The position numbers and the translations under genes are program-made. Under the pieces are notes generated by a model. That model searched no databases and was not told where the DNA came from. It was given only the letters and a program-made list of their open reading frames with translations. Shown here piece by piece: positions 17,718 through 27,394 of a stretch of 64,000 nt of DNA (position 1 is its first letter; each line of letters begins with the position of its first letter). The stretch is from Dehalococcoidia bacterium (GTDB lineage Bacteria; Chloroflexota; Dehalococcoidia; Bin125), in NCBI GenBank assembly GCA_965200625.1, contig OZ241375.1, forward strand, positions 8,234 to 72,233, given 5' to 3'.

Positions 17718-20700
17718 ATGCGGGGCTCCGATTTCCGATCTCTCTTCCCGATGGGGCGCTGTGCTTCCTTGTTCCTGCTGGTTCTGCTGGCGGTTGGGGG
17801 TGGGCTGAGCCTGGGTTCGCTGCCGGCTGGCGCCCACACGAGCAGCAACCACGGCTACGTCACGCTGCTCGAGACGACGATGGTTGCCAAAGAGGAAAAT
17901 CTTGGGGCCCGGATCGGCCACGTTCGAGATAACGGTGCTTTGGCGGCAAAGACTTTCATTTATAAGGGGATCGAATATCACATTGACGGTATGTACGAGG
18001 ATACACAGGGTGAGGATACATTTAAATTCAGGACAACAAGGCCGCCTTCCACCAACTCGGACATCGGTCTGACGGAGGTCAACAAACTCAAGATTGAGAT
18101 CGATGGCAAGACCTTTGAAGGAGGATTTACGGCAGATACCTTCAGCACGAGGTACACACAGGCCGACAAGGGGTTAGATCTCTCAGACAACAAGACCGAA
18201 GCCACGAAGGCGACCGTCAAGATCAGCACGAAGGAGGTCCACCACGTCGCGCCTACCAACATTGCGGCTACCGCGCAGGGGACCACGACGCTCAGAGTAA
18301 CGTGGAACGACCCCCCCCGGGGCGACGGGCTTTCAGATCAGGCATAAGGCCACGAGCACCAGTACCTGGGGCTCCTGGTCGACGGCCACATTGTCAAATC
18401 CGAGTGACATTACGGGCCTGACGAGGGGCACGTCGTATAACATCCAGGTGCGGGCGGGCACCAACTCGGAGCCGGGGAACTGGGGCGCCGGGATCACGGC
18501 GTCGACGCCGACCCTGGACGCGCCCACCGGCGTTGCGGCGACGTCGCCTTCTTCAAGCCAGCTCACGGTCACGTGGAACGCTGTGACCGATGCGGACAGC
18601 TACCAGGTACGGTACAAGGCGTCGGGGACCAACAGCTGGGGGCACTGGGGAACGGCGACCTCGCCCACACCATCAACAACCTGGCGGCGAACACGCAGTA
18701 CGACATCAGCGTGCGGGGGCGGGACGGCAGCGACGCGGGCGATGCCACGACAATCATGAACGTGAGGACTTTGCGGCTGGCGGCGCCGGGCAACCTGGCG
18801 GCGACGTCGTCCGTCTCCACCCAGCTGGTGGTCACGTGGAGCGCCGTGACCAACGCGGCCAACTATCAGCTCCGGTACAAGCTCAACAGCAGCAGCAGCT
18901 GGGGGAGCTGGGGGACGGCGACCTCGCCGCGCACGATTACGGGTCTGACGGCGAACACGCAGTACAACATCGAGGTGCGGGCGCGGGACAGCAGCAATAG
19001 CGAGGGGGACGCTGCCGCCGTCACGGCGAGGACGCTGCTGGCTCCGCCGACCAATGAGGCGGCGGCGGCGGCGGTCGCGACCGAGCTGACGGTGACGTGT
19101 ACGGCGGTGAGCGGCGCGGCCAGCTATGAGGTGCGGCACAAACGATCCAGCACGAGCTCCTGGGGGAGCTGGGGAGCGGCGTCCTCGCCGCACGAGATTA
19201 CGGGGCTGACGGCGAATACGGAGTACGACATCGGCGTTCGGGCGAAGGACAGCAGCAACAACGCGGGGGAGGTGGCGAGCATCACGAACGTGCGGACGCC
19301 GCTGTCGCCGCCGACGGGGTTGTGGCATCCGACGGATACGGATGACTATGACCCGCGGTTCGGCAGATTCGGCAGCGGCTGGTGGGATGAGGACATGATC
19401 ACCGTGTTCTGGAACGCGCTGACTGATGCGGCCTCCTATGAGATGCGCTATCGCGCGGTCAAGGGGACGCAGGAGGATACCTGGTCGGCCTGGGCGGACG
19501 CCGATGAGTTTGACCGCGAGCATGGGCTGACGCTGTCTGATCTGTTCCCGGCGTACGCGGGGATCGAGTACGAGATCGAATTGCGGGGCGTGCATAGCAG
19601 CAACCGCAAGGGCGAGGCGACGTCGTACACGGCGCAGACGAAGTACAACGCGCCGACGGCGGTGTCCAATGTGCGGGTGGCGTCGAACGACGGGGAGCTG
19701 GCGGTCGCCTGGACGCCGAGGCGCCACAATGAGAGTTGGAGCGTGCGGTCGGAGCGGTAGGATGTGAACCAGATCGCGTCGGTGTCGGCGTCCGCGCCAC
19801 ACACGACGCTCACGGAGCTGGAAAGTGGCGTGGCGTACGGGATCCGGGTGCAGGCGCAGCGGGATCTGGGGACGGATCCGTTTGGCACACATCACATCGT
19901 GACCACGGGTTGGAGCGCCGTTGTCTACAGTATGCCAATGACGGCGCCGGGGTCGCTGACGGTGACGCCGGTGACGACTCGGGATCCGGACTTGATCTAT
20001 CGGCCACGGTTCCCGCTGCTGCCGCCGGGCACGCCGCTGCCGCCGCTGCCGGGGCTGCGGCCGGATGACGAGATTGTGAAGGACGGAGAGGCGCTGGAGA
20101 TCAGTTGGGAGGCGGTCGCGGGCGCGGCGACGTACGGCGGCTATCAAGTGGCGTTCCATCCGGGGAACAAAGCGCCGTCGAGCTGGCATACGCTGCTGCT
20201 GGAGGGGACGTCGTTCACGGTCGCGGGGGTGGATCCGTTGTATGTGGTGAGCGTGCGGGCGGTGGCGCAGATGCCGGATGATTCGATAGTCTACGGGCCG
20301 TACGCGAGCACTAGCGGCGTGATCGGGGTGAATCCGTCACCCAGTCCGGGTCCCAGTCCCAGCCCGTCGCCGAGTCCCAGCCCGAGTCCGAGTCCGCCAC
20401 AGGAGCCGATTGTGAGTCCGCATCCACCGTCTGGGGTGCGGCCAGTGCAGCCGAGTCCGCCGGTTGAGCAGCCGGGGATCAAACCGCCGACGGAGGGCAA
20501 GCCGCAGGAGCCAGCGGAGAGGGAGAGGCGGACTGCGCCGCCGGGCGCGCCGCCGCCGGACGACGGGGTGGGGATTAATCCACCGGGTCCGCCGCCGGGG
20601 CCGCTGCCGGAGCCGCCGGAGGACAGGCCGCCACCGAACGATGAGCCGCGGCCGGGTCTGCCGGGTCCGCCGCCGGATGACCGAGCGGGCATCTTCGGCC

Positions 20701-20726
20701 TCCTGTCGGGGGGGATGGTGCACTAG
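17718..20726 (+). pseudogene. very large secreted FN3-repeat protein (signal peptide, ~7 FN3 modules, Pro/Ser-rich C-terminus). Disrupted by a +1 insertion in a C8 run (18311-18318), a -1 change at the CCC run at 18664-18666, and an in-frame TAG at 19758-19760.
   Basis: Consecutive ORFs 17634..18347 (frame 0), 18391..18759 (frame 1), 18573..19760 (frame 0) and 19764..20726 (frame 0) all carry the same FN3 periodicity (L.V.W...YQVRYK...WG.WG...ITGLTANTQY.I.VRA). The domains continue seamlessly across each break. Confidence 0.7.
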
Positions 20727-20734
20727 CTGGCTGC

Positions 20735-21350
20735 GGGGGGAGCCCCCCTCAGTCACTTCGTGACAGCTCCCCCGGTGGGGGAGCGCTGAGCACTTTCGTC
20801 ATTGCCGCGCTCCGCCGCGGCAATCTCGATGCGTACAGCAGCGAGGTCCGTGCTCGACGCGGCGAGATACCCGCGACGTAGTCGCGGGTATGACGGAGGA
20901 GGGCGCGCGGGTATGACGGAGGAGGGGGCGGCAAGGGTGCGCGGCGACCCCGCTTCAGTCGCTGCGCGGTAGCTTTCCCCTTTGGGTGAGCGCTGAACAC
21001 TTTCGTCATTGCCGCGCTCCGCCGCGGCAATCTCGGCGTGTACAGCAGAGTGGTCCGTGCTCGAAGCGTCGAGATACCCGCGGCAAGCGCGGGTATGACG
21101 GAGGTGGATGGCGCGGGAACGACGGAGGTTGGTGGGCGCGGAGCTGGTGGAGTAGAGCGGGGAGTCCCCTCAGTCCACCCTTCTGTCATTGCCGCGCGCC
21201 GCCGCGGCAATCTCGGCGCGTACAGCAGAGTGGTCCGTGCTCGAAGCGTCGAGATACCCGCGGCAAGCGCGGGTATGACGGAGGTTGGTGGGCGCGGGAA
21301 CGACGGAGGTGGTGGGTGCGGGGATGATGGGGCTCGCCTCCATTTGTGTG
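20735..21350. repeat. tandem array of four ~150-210 bp composite REP/BIME-like units
   Basis: Units start at about 20775, 20986 and 21181. Each contains the GTCATTGCCGCG(c/t)(c/g)CCGCCGCGGCAATCTCG and GAGATACCCGCG...CGCGGGTATGACGGAGG hairpins. Confidence 0.85.
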
Positions 21351-21357
21351 GGGGTGG

Positions 21358-22272
21358 TCAGCTGAGGCCGAGGCGGTGGCGGGCGTTGGTGGCTAGCACT
21401 TGGTCTAGTTCTTGGTCGGTGAGACCGCTGCGGAGGAGTTGGAGGATTTGTGGCTGTTGGTCGGCGCCGGGGGCGTCGGAGCCGAAGAGGACGCGCTCCA
21501 CGCCGAGCGTGCGGATCAGCCGGGCGGCGTCCTCGAGGGCGCAGGCGCGGCGGCCGTCGCGGCAGCGGAAATGGCCGTCGTCGAAGCCGCCGGCGGTGTC
21601 GAAGAGCACCTGGGGGAAGCGTCTGGCGATCGCCAGGCGCTGATCCCAGTACGCGCCGGGCATGTGCGCCATGATGAACGGGAGCCGCGGGAAGCGTTCG
21701 AAGACGGGGATGAAGTGGTCGGGCATCCCGTAGACGTCGGCGCCGGGGCCGCCGCGCAGGGCGCCGGTGTCGCTGAGGATGGGCAGGCCGAGCTCCTCGA
21801 GTCGGGCGTAGAGCGGGAGCATCCGTTCGTCGGCGGGGAAGTAGCGGCCCAGGCCCGGGTGCATCTTGACGCCGCGCGCGCCCAGGGCGACGCCGCGCTC
21901 TAACTCCTCCATCAGCAGGTCGGTCTCCGTCCAGGTGCCGATGTCACAGCAGAGGAAGGTGCGGATGCGCGGGTCGGCCTGCTGGCGTTCGAGCGTCCAG
22001 GTGTTGAAGTCGCGCACGCGCTGGCGGAGCATGGTGTGAATGTCGTCGTCCGACGCTTCGGGCCGGCGGGCGCGCTGCTGCTCGAACATTTCGGGGATGA
22101 CCATGTAGTTGAGGCCGACGATCGCCTCGACGTCGTTGCGGGTCATGTACTCCGCGCAGGCTTCGCCGTTGGCCCAGCGCCAGTCGAGCGGGAGGCCGGG
22201 GCGAGGGAAGACGATCGCCTCTTGCTGCGCGGTGCGGCAGAGGTGGACGTGGACATCGATCACGGTGGGCAT
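21358..22272 (-). CDS. amidohydrolase-2 family (TIM-barrel metal-dependent hydrolase, LigI/ACMSD-like)
   Basis: ORF track. MPTVIDVHVHL... is the typical PF04909 N-terminal HxH. Confidence 0.85.
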   Translation of the reverse strand: MPTVIDVHVHLCRTAQQEAIVFPRPGLPLDWRWANGEACAEYMTRNDVEAIVGLNYMVIPEMFEQQRARRPEASDDDIHTMLRQRVRDFNTWTLERQQADPRIRTFLCCDIGTWTETDLLMEELERGVALGARGVKMHPGLGRYFPADERMLPLYARLEELGLPILSDTGALRGGPGADVYGMPDHFIPVFERFPRLPFIMAHMPGAYWDQRLAIARRFPQVLFDTAGGFDDGHFRCRDGRRACALEDAARLIRTLGVERVLFGSDAPGADQQPQILQLLRSGLTDQELDQVLATNARHRLGLS

Positions 22273-22289
22273 AGGACAACCTCAGGGAT

Positions 22290-22390
22290 TCTTCGGCAGG
22301 CGGGCGGTGAGACAGTCCGTGTAGTGCGGGGTCTGATGCTCGGCGCTGCTCGCGTGCGCGCTGGCGCGTAGATGGATTGCACGCCCCGCG
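22290..22390. other. degenerate duplicate of the 3' end of the lutB/A gene (compare 23434-23545)
   Basis: Decaying sequence similarity continues beyond the 90 bp near-identical segment. Confidence 0.5.
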
Positions 22391-22391
22391 C

Positions 22392-23246
22392 TCAGCCCTC
22401 CGAGACGGCCACTCCCACGGTGATGACCCCTGTGTAGCCGTTCCTGTCTTCAGCGACCGAAGCGAGCAGATTCCATTCCTCGGGATTCCCCCGCAGCTCC
22501 CCGTCATTTTCGTTGCGGGTTGAGCGGTTGGGGCGATTGTTGTAGGGGGAGCGGAGGTAGACCTGATCCGTCAGTTCGTCGTCGAAGTAGAATTGCGAGG
22601 TCAAGAACGTCGTCCCGCGGTAGTGGACCTTGAAGTGGATGTGCGCGGTCCGTCCAGGGTACCAACCTGGGTAGACGGTCTCAAAGCGCGCGATGCCATC
22701 GGCGTCGGTCACCTGTACTCCGCGCAGGAAGGTCTCGCCGGACGTGTCCAGGCCCCCGAGTTGACCGCGGTATCCCGAGTAGACGCCATCGGCGTCGGCG
22801 TGCCACAGGTCGACCACGGCGTCTGGGAGCGGCGCGCAGGTATTGCCCATTCGCAGGACGCGGACCGCCATCGCCAGCGGGGCGCCGGAGCGGTCTTCAG
22901 TGATGTCGCGCCGGAGCATCTCGGTGTCGAAGTAGAACGGCCCTTCGGTTGCCTCCGGGGTGAGGATGCAGGCGGGCGGATCGGAGAGCGCGTCCGCCAC
23001 GGAGGCGGTGTCCGTCGTCGCGGTCTGCGCCGCGGCCCTTTCCCCACTCGCGGCCGTTGCGGAGCTGGCGGACGCCGGCTGAACCTCCTCCTCGACAGGG
23101 CCAGGGGCCGCCGTGCCGGGTTCTCCACTCCCGGGCACTCCCCGGCAGGCCGCCGCGAGCGCCACCGCGAGCCCGCCCACACCGAACGTCGCGAGGAAGT
23201 CACGCCGCGTGAATCGCGCTGACCACTGGCGGGCGTTCTTCATCAT
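22392..23246 (-). CDS. intradiol ring-cleavage dioxygenase family protein with a Tat signal peptide
   Basis: RRDFLATFGVGGLAVALAAACRG, and TEGPFYFD...VDLWHADADGVYS...GRTAHIHFKV (PF00775-like). Confidence 0.8.
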   Translation of the reverse strand: MMKNARQWSARFTRRDFLATFGVGGLAVALAAACRGVPGSGEPGTAAPGPVEEEVQPASASSATAASGERAAAQTATTDTASVADALSDPPACILTPEATEGPFYFDTEMLRRDITEDRSGAPLAMAVRVLRMGNTCAPLPDAVVDLWHADADGVYSGYRGQLGGLDTSGETFLRGVQVTDADGIARFETVYPGWYPGRTAHIHFKVHYRGTTFLTSQFYFDDELTDQVYLRSPYNNRPNRSTRNENDGELRGNPEEWNLLASVAEDRNGYTGVITVGVAVSEG

Positions 23247-23336
23247 CGCTGGCTCCGCTCTTCAGCCCACCGCGACCCTACCATCGTCGGCCCAAATGTC
23301 GAGCGAGTAGTAGCGACGGTTCCCGCCCCTCGGAGG

Positions 23337-23434
23337 CAGGGGCAGACGATCGCCTCTTGCTGCGCGGTGCGGCAGAGGTGGACGTGGACATCGATCACGG
23401 TGGGCATGGGACAACCTCAGGGATTGTTCGGCAG
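23337..23434. repeat. ~90 bp near-identical direct duplicate of 22188-22280, carrying the start and first ~20 codons of the amidohydrolase gene
   Basis: On the minus strand it reads MPTVIDVHVHLCRTAQQEAIV followed by unrelated sequence. It differs from copy 1 by 2-3 mismatches. Confidence 0.8.
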
Positions 23435-25597
23435 TCGCGCGGCGAGGAACTCGGCGTAGTGCAGGGTCTCGTGCGCCGCGCCGCGTGCGGCGGCTCCGGC
23501 GCGGAGGTGGAGGACGCAGCCGGGATTGTTGGTGAGCAGCGTGTCGCAGCCGCTCGCGGCGACGCAGTCGAGCTTGCGCTCGAGAATGCCCTCACCGACT
23601 TCGGGAGCGGCGAGCGAGGTGAGGCCACCGAAGCCGCAGCAGATCTCCGCCTCGTCCAACGGCAGCGCGGACTCGCCGGTGAGCCGCGCGGTCAGCTGAT
23701 CGATGCGCGAGCCGGGCTCGGCGCGGTTGGAGGCCTGACAGAAGCGGTGCGCCGTCCACGCGCTTGCTTCCGCCGCGGGGGCGCGGAGACCGCCGTCCGG
23801 CAGGCGGCCGGGGCCGTCGAGCCAGGCGGCGAGGTCGTGGACGCGCTCGCCGACCGCCGCGGCGCGCTCGCGCCAGGCGGGGTCATCGCGGAAGAGTTGC
23901 GGCCAGTGATCGCGCATCGCGATCACGCAGCTGGTCGCGGGCGTGACGATCGCGCGGTCGCTGGCTTCGAGCGCCTCGATGGTCTGCTGCGCCATTCGCC
24001 GCGCGGTTGGCCAGTCGCCGGCGTCGAAGGCGGGGAGGCCGCAGCAGTGCTGCGCGTCGGGCAGATTGACCGCTGCGCCGCCAGCCTCGATCAGCTTGGC
24101 GGCGGCGTCGACGGTGGAGGGCAGCAGGCGATCGGCGAGGCATTGGGCGAAGAGGTCGACGGTGCGGCCGTTCGCGGGCGACTCGGTGATTGGTTCCTGC
24201 GGCGGGCGGCTGCCGATCAGCGTCTGGCCGCTGCGCAGCGGGAGCGTCGGCACGGCGCGCCAGCGGAGGCGTTTGGGCAGCGGCAGGCGGAGGTGGTCGC
24301 GGCGCGCCAGGCCGAGCAGGCGGGCGGCGGCGGAGGCAAGCGCGCCGATCCCGAAGAGCGTCTGGAAGAGTGTTGGCTGCGACCAGAGGCGCAGGGCGAG
24401 CCGCTCCCAGCGCGGGGCGTGCCCGGACTCATGGGCGCGGCGGCGGACTTCGAGGATTTGCTGGGGCAGCGGGATCGCGACCGGGCAGACGGTCTCGCAG
24501 GCGCCGCAGGAGACGCACAGCCCCTGCGGGCCGGCGGCGTCGGCGACGCTGTGGTGGAAGGTCGTGTTGACCAGGCCGATCGCGCCCGTGTAGATGTGGC
24601 CGAAGGTGTGCCCGCCGACGACCTGGTAGGGCGGGCAGACGTTGGCGCACGCGCCGCAGCGGATGCAGCGCAGGGCGTCGCCGATCACGTCGTGATCGCG
24701 CATCGCGCGGCGGCCGTTGTCGAGCAGGATGATGTGCATCTCTTTGCCCGGTTGGGCGCCGGTGATGCAGGTCGTGTAGGTGCTCAGCGTCTGCGCAGTG
24801 GCGGAGCGGGGCAGGAGCTGGAGCTGGCGTTCGGCGTCGGCCCAGGTGGGGATCAGCTTCTCGATGCCGGCGGTGACGAAGTGCACGTCGGGCAGCGAGG
24901 TGGCGAGCCGCATGTTGCCCTCGTTGGTGACGACCATGATGCTGCCGCTCTCGGCGATCAGCGAGTTCGCGCCGGTGAGGCCGGCGCCGGCGGCGAGGTA
25001 ATGTCCGCGCAAGCCGTCCCGCGCGCTGGCGACCATCGCGGGGATGTCGTCGGGATCGAACTCGCGCCCCAGCTCGCGCCCGAGAATTTCGGCGACGTAT
25101 TGACGCTTTTGGTGAATCGCCGGCATCACCAGGTGCGACGGACGCTCCTCCGCCAGCTGCAGCAGCCACTCGCCGAGGTCGGTCTCGATCGCGGTGATCC
25201 CGCGCTGCTCCAGCGCGTGGTTGAGTTCGATCTCCTCGGAGACCATCGACTTGCTCTTGACGACCAGGTCGATGCCGCGCGCGCGGCAGACGGCGGCGAT
25301 GTAGTCGACCGCCTCGGCCGCGGTCGTGAGTTCGACGACCGTCGCGCCGGCGGCTTCGGCGTTGCTGCGGAACTCCGCGATGTAATCATCGAGGCGGGCG
25401 AGCGTCTGATCCTTGGTCGCGGCGAACGCCTGGCGGAGTTCGTCGAAGGGTTGCTCGGTGCGCTGTTCGAGGCGGCGCACCTGGGCGTCGCGGCTCTCGC
25501 GCCAGGAGCGCTGGAAGGCAAGCAGGCGGGGCCGCAAATCGGGATCGCGGACGGCGCGGCGGTAGCGCTCGCGGAAGGGCGCGGTGGCGGCGCTCAT
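23417..25597 (-). CDS. lutB: lactate utilization Fe-S protein, a LutB (DUF162/LUD plus 2x 4Fe-4S) and LutA (CCG domains) fusion
   Basis: CIRCGACANVCP and CVSCGACETVCP ferredoxin motifs. CCGLPAF and CCGFGG cysteine-rich domains. Confidence 0.85.
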   Translation of the reverse strand: MSAATAPFRERYRRAVRDPDLRPRLLAFQRSWRESRDAQVRRLEQRTEQPFDELRQAFAATKDQTLARLDDYIAEFRSNAEAAGATVVELTTAAEAVDYIAAVCRARGIDLVVKSKSMVSEEIELNHALEQRGITAIETDLGEWLLQLAEERPSHLVMPAIHQKRQYVAEILGRELGREFDPDDIPAMVASARDGLRGHYLAAGAGLTGANSLIAESGSIMVVTNEGNMRLATSLPDVHFVTAGIEKLIPTWADAERQLQLLPRSATAQTLSTYTTCITGAQPGKEMHIILLDNGRRAMRDHDVIGDALRCIRCGACANVCPPYQVVGGHTFGHIYTGAIGLVNTTFHHSVADAAGPQGLCVSCGACETVCPVAIPLPQQILEVRRRAHESGHAPRWERLALRLWSQPTLFQTLFGIGALASAAARLLGLARRDHLRLPLPKRLRWRAVPTLPLRSGQTLIGSRPPQEPITESPANGRTVDLFAQCLADRLLPSTVDAAAKLIEAGGAAVNLPDAQHCCGLPAFDAGDWPTARRMAQQTIEALEASDRAIVTPATSCVIAMRDHWPQLFRDDPAWRERAAAVGERVHDLAAWLDGPGRLPDGGLRAPAAEASAWTAHRFCQASNRAEPGSRIDQLTARLTGESALPLDEAEICCGFGGLTSLAAPEVGEGILERKLDCVAASGCDTLLTNNPGCVLHLRAGAAARGAAHETLHYAEFLAARLPNNP

Positions 25598-26118
25598 GCG
25601 AGCACCGCGGCGGTCAGGCGGCTCGGGCCCTGCACGCCGATGGTGAGCGAGCGCTCGATGTCGGCGGTGCGCGAGGGGCCGCTGACGAAGGTCGCGTAGG
25701 CGGCGGCGCGCGGCTGCTGCGCGAGCCAGCGGAAGCCGTCGGCGAGATCGTCCACGATGTCCGCCTCCGCCACGGCGACGATCAGGTGCTGCGTGAGCAG
25801 CGACACGGCGCGGTCAACGGGCGCGGGTTCGATCAGCAGCAGGGAGCCGGTCTCGGCGACGGCGAGCGTCGCCACGGTGATCCCGACCGGGTGGTCGGCG
25901 ATGGAGCGCAGCGGGTCGTCCGGCTCGGGCAGGCGTCCGCGCTGGAGGTGCGCATACGCGCTCGGCGAGACGGCGGGGAGCGCGTCGCTGAGCGACTCGG
26001 CGTACTGCCAGAGGTCGTCCCACGAGGCGCAGAACAGCGGCTCGCCCTGCACCGCCTGGAGGGCAGCGGCGAAGCTGGCGGTGCGACGGTTCGCGGGAGA
26101 CAGGGTGGGGTCGGGCAT
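25594..26118 (-). CDS. lutC: lactate utilization protein C (LUD domain)
   Basis: ORF track. There is a 4-bp ATGA overlap with lutB. Confidence 0.8.
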   Translation of the reverse strand: MPDPTLSPANRRTASFAAALQAVQGEPLFCASWDDLWQYAESLSDALPAVSPSAYAHLQRGRLPEPDDPLRSIADHPVGITVATLAVAETGSLLLIEPAPVDRAVSLLTQHLIVAVAEADIVDDLADGFRWLAQQPRAAAYATFVSGPSRTADIERSLTIGVQGPSRLTAAVLA

Positions 26119-26221
26119 GGGGGAATTCTACAAGCCGTCAGCGCGGCCTCCGGGGGCTCGGGCTCCAGCGCAGGTACGCTGGCGGCGAGGACTTGATGAT
26201 CCGACGAGGGGAGCGCAGGCG

Positions 26222-27376
26222 ATGATTGAGCTGACCGAGGCGCAGCGCCTGATCCAGCGGACCGTGCGCGATTTTACCCGCGATCAGATTGATCCGATTG
26301 CGGACAAGATAGACCGCGAGGATTACTTTCCCCGCCAGCTCTGGCCGCAGCTGGGTGCGCTCGGGCTGTTGGGCGTGACGATTGCGGAAGCGTACGGCGG
26401 CGCGGACGCGGGCCTGTTGGCGGGGGTGATCGCGACCGAGGAGATCGCGCGGGGGAGCGCGTCGATCGCGCTGTCCTACGGGGCGCACGCCAACCTCTGC
26501 GCGAACAACATCGCCGCGAACGGCTCGGAGGCGCAGAAGCGGCAGTATCTGCCCGGTCTCTGTGACGGCACGCAGATCGGCGCGCTGGCGCTGACCGAAC
26601 CGGAGGCGGGTTCGGACGCGCTGGGCATCCGCACGACCGCTGTGCGCGACGGCGACGTCTACCGCCTCAACGGCAGCAAGATGTTCATTACAAACGGGTC
26701 GGTGGCGGACACGCTGGTGCTCTACGCGAAGACTGACCCGGCGGCCGGCTCGCGCGGGGTGACAGCGTTCATCGTCGAGTCAGCGTTTGCGGGGTTCCGC
26801 GTCGGGCAGGTGCTGGACAAGGTGGGCCACCGCGGCTCGCCGACGGCGGAGCTGATTCTCGAGGACTGCATCGTGCCGGCCGCGAACGTGCTGCGCCGCG
26901 AGGGCGGCGGCGCGGGCGTGATGATGCAGGGGCTGGCGGTCGAGCGGGCGTTCCTCGCGGGCGAGCCGCTGGGGATCGCGCAGGCGGCGCTTGATGAAGC
27001 GGTCGAGTACGCGCGCAACCGCCGGCAGTTCGGTCAGCGGATCGGCGATTTCCAGCTGATCCAGGCGATGCTGGCGGATATGTACACGGAGCTGGAGGCG
27101 GCGCGCTGGCTGGTCTATCGGACGGCGCATCTGGTCGAGCAGGCGGCGGCGCGCGGCGAGCGCAGCAACAAGGAGGCGGCTGCGGCAATCCTCTATTCCG
27201 CCGAGATGTCCAGTCGGGTGGCGGACAAGGCCGTGCAAATCCACGGCGGCTACGGCTACATGAGCGAGAGCCGAGTCGCCCGCTACGTCCGCGACGCCAA
27301 GCTGCTCGAGATCGGCGCGGGCACGTCAGAGATTCGGCGGATGCTGATCGGGCGGGAGTTGATTGGTCCCGAGTGA
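26222..27376 (+). CDS. acyl-CoA dehydrogenase
   Basis: Internal ATG MIELTEAQRLIQRTVRDFTRDQI...YGGYGY. The ORF-track upstream extension is antisense to lutC. Confidence 0.9.
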   Translation: MIELTEAQRLIQRTVRDFTRDQIDPIADKIDREDYFPRQLWPQLGALGLLGVTIAEAYGGADAGLLAGVIATEEIARGSASIALSYGAHANLCANNIAANGSEAQKRQYLPGLCDGTQIGALALTEPEAGSDALGIRTTAVRDGDVYRLNGSKMFITNGSVADTLVLYAKTDPAAGSRGVTAFIVESAFAGFRVGQVLDKVGHRGSPTAELILEDCIVPAANVLRREGGGAGVMMQGLAVERAFLAGEPLGIAQAALDEAVEYARNRRQFGQRIGDFQLIQAMLADMYTELEAARWLVYRTAHLVEQAAARGERSNKEAAAAILYSAEMSSRVADKAVQIHGGYGYMSESRVARYVRDAKLLEIGAGTSEIRRMLIGRELIGPE

Positions 27377-27394
27377 CGGAGCTACGTCAAGAGC

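Noticed and set aside
17499-17981. 160-aa minus ORF between the small hypothetical genes and the FN3 gene start
   Set aside because: Spans a repeat cluster and the 5' end of the FN3 gene on the opposite strand; ends in the repeat-encoded ...GELSRSD peptide.
20735-21350. Tandem repeat array considered as a possible CRISPR array
   Set aside because: The units are 150-210 bp composite palindromic elements without uniform short repeat/spacer periodicity. Identical units occur singly at other loci and no cas genes are nearby.
23357-25699. 780-aa plus ORF; also 24429..25169 and 25126..25521 minus ORFs
   Set aside because: Shadow frames of the lutB/A gene.
25757-26221. Upstream 155-codon extension of the acyl-CoA dehydrogenase ORF
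   Set aside because: Overlaps lutC on the opposite strand. The internal ATG at 26222 gives a normal-length ACAD with a plausible RBS.
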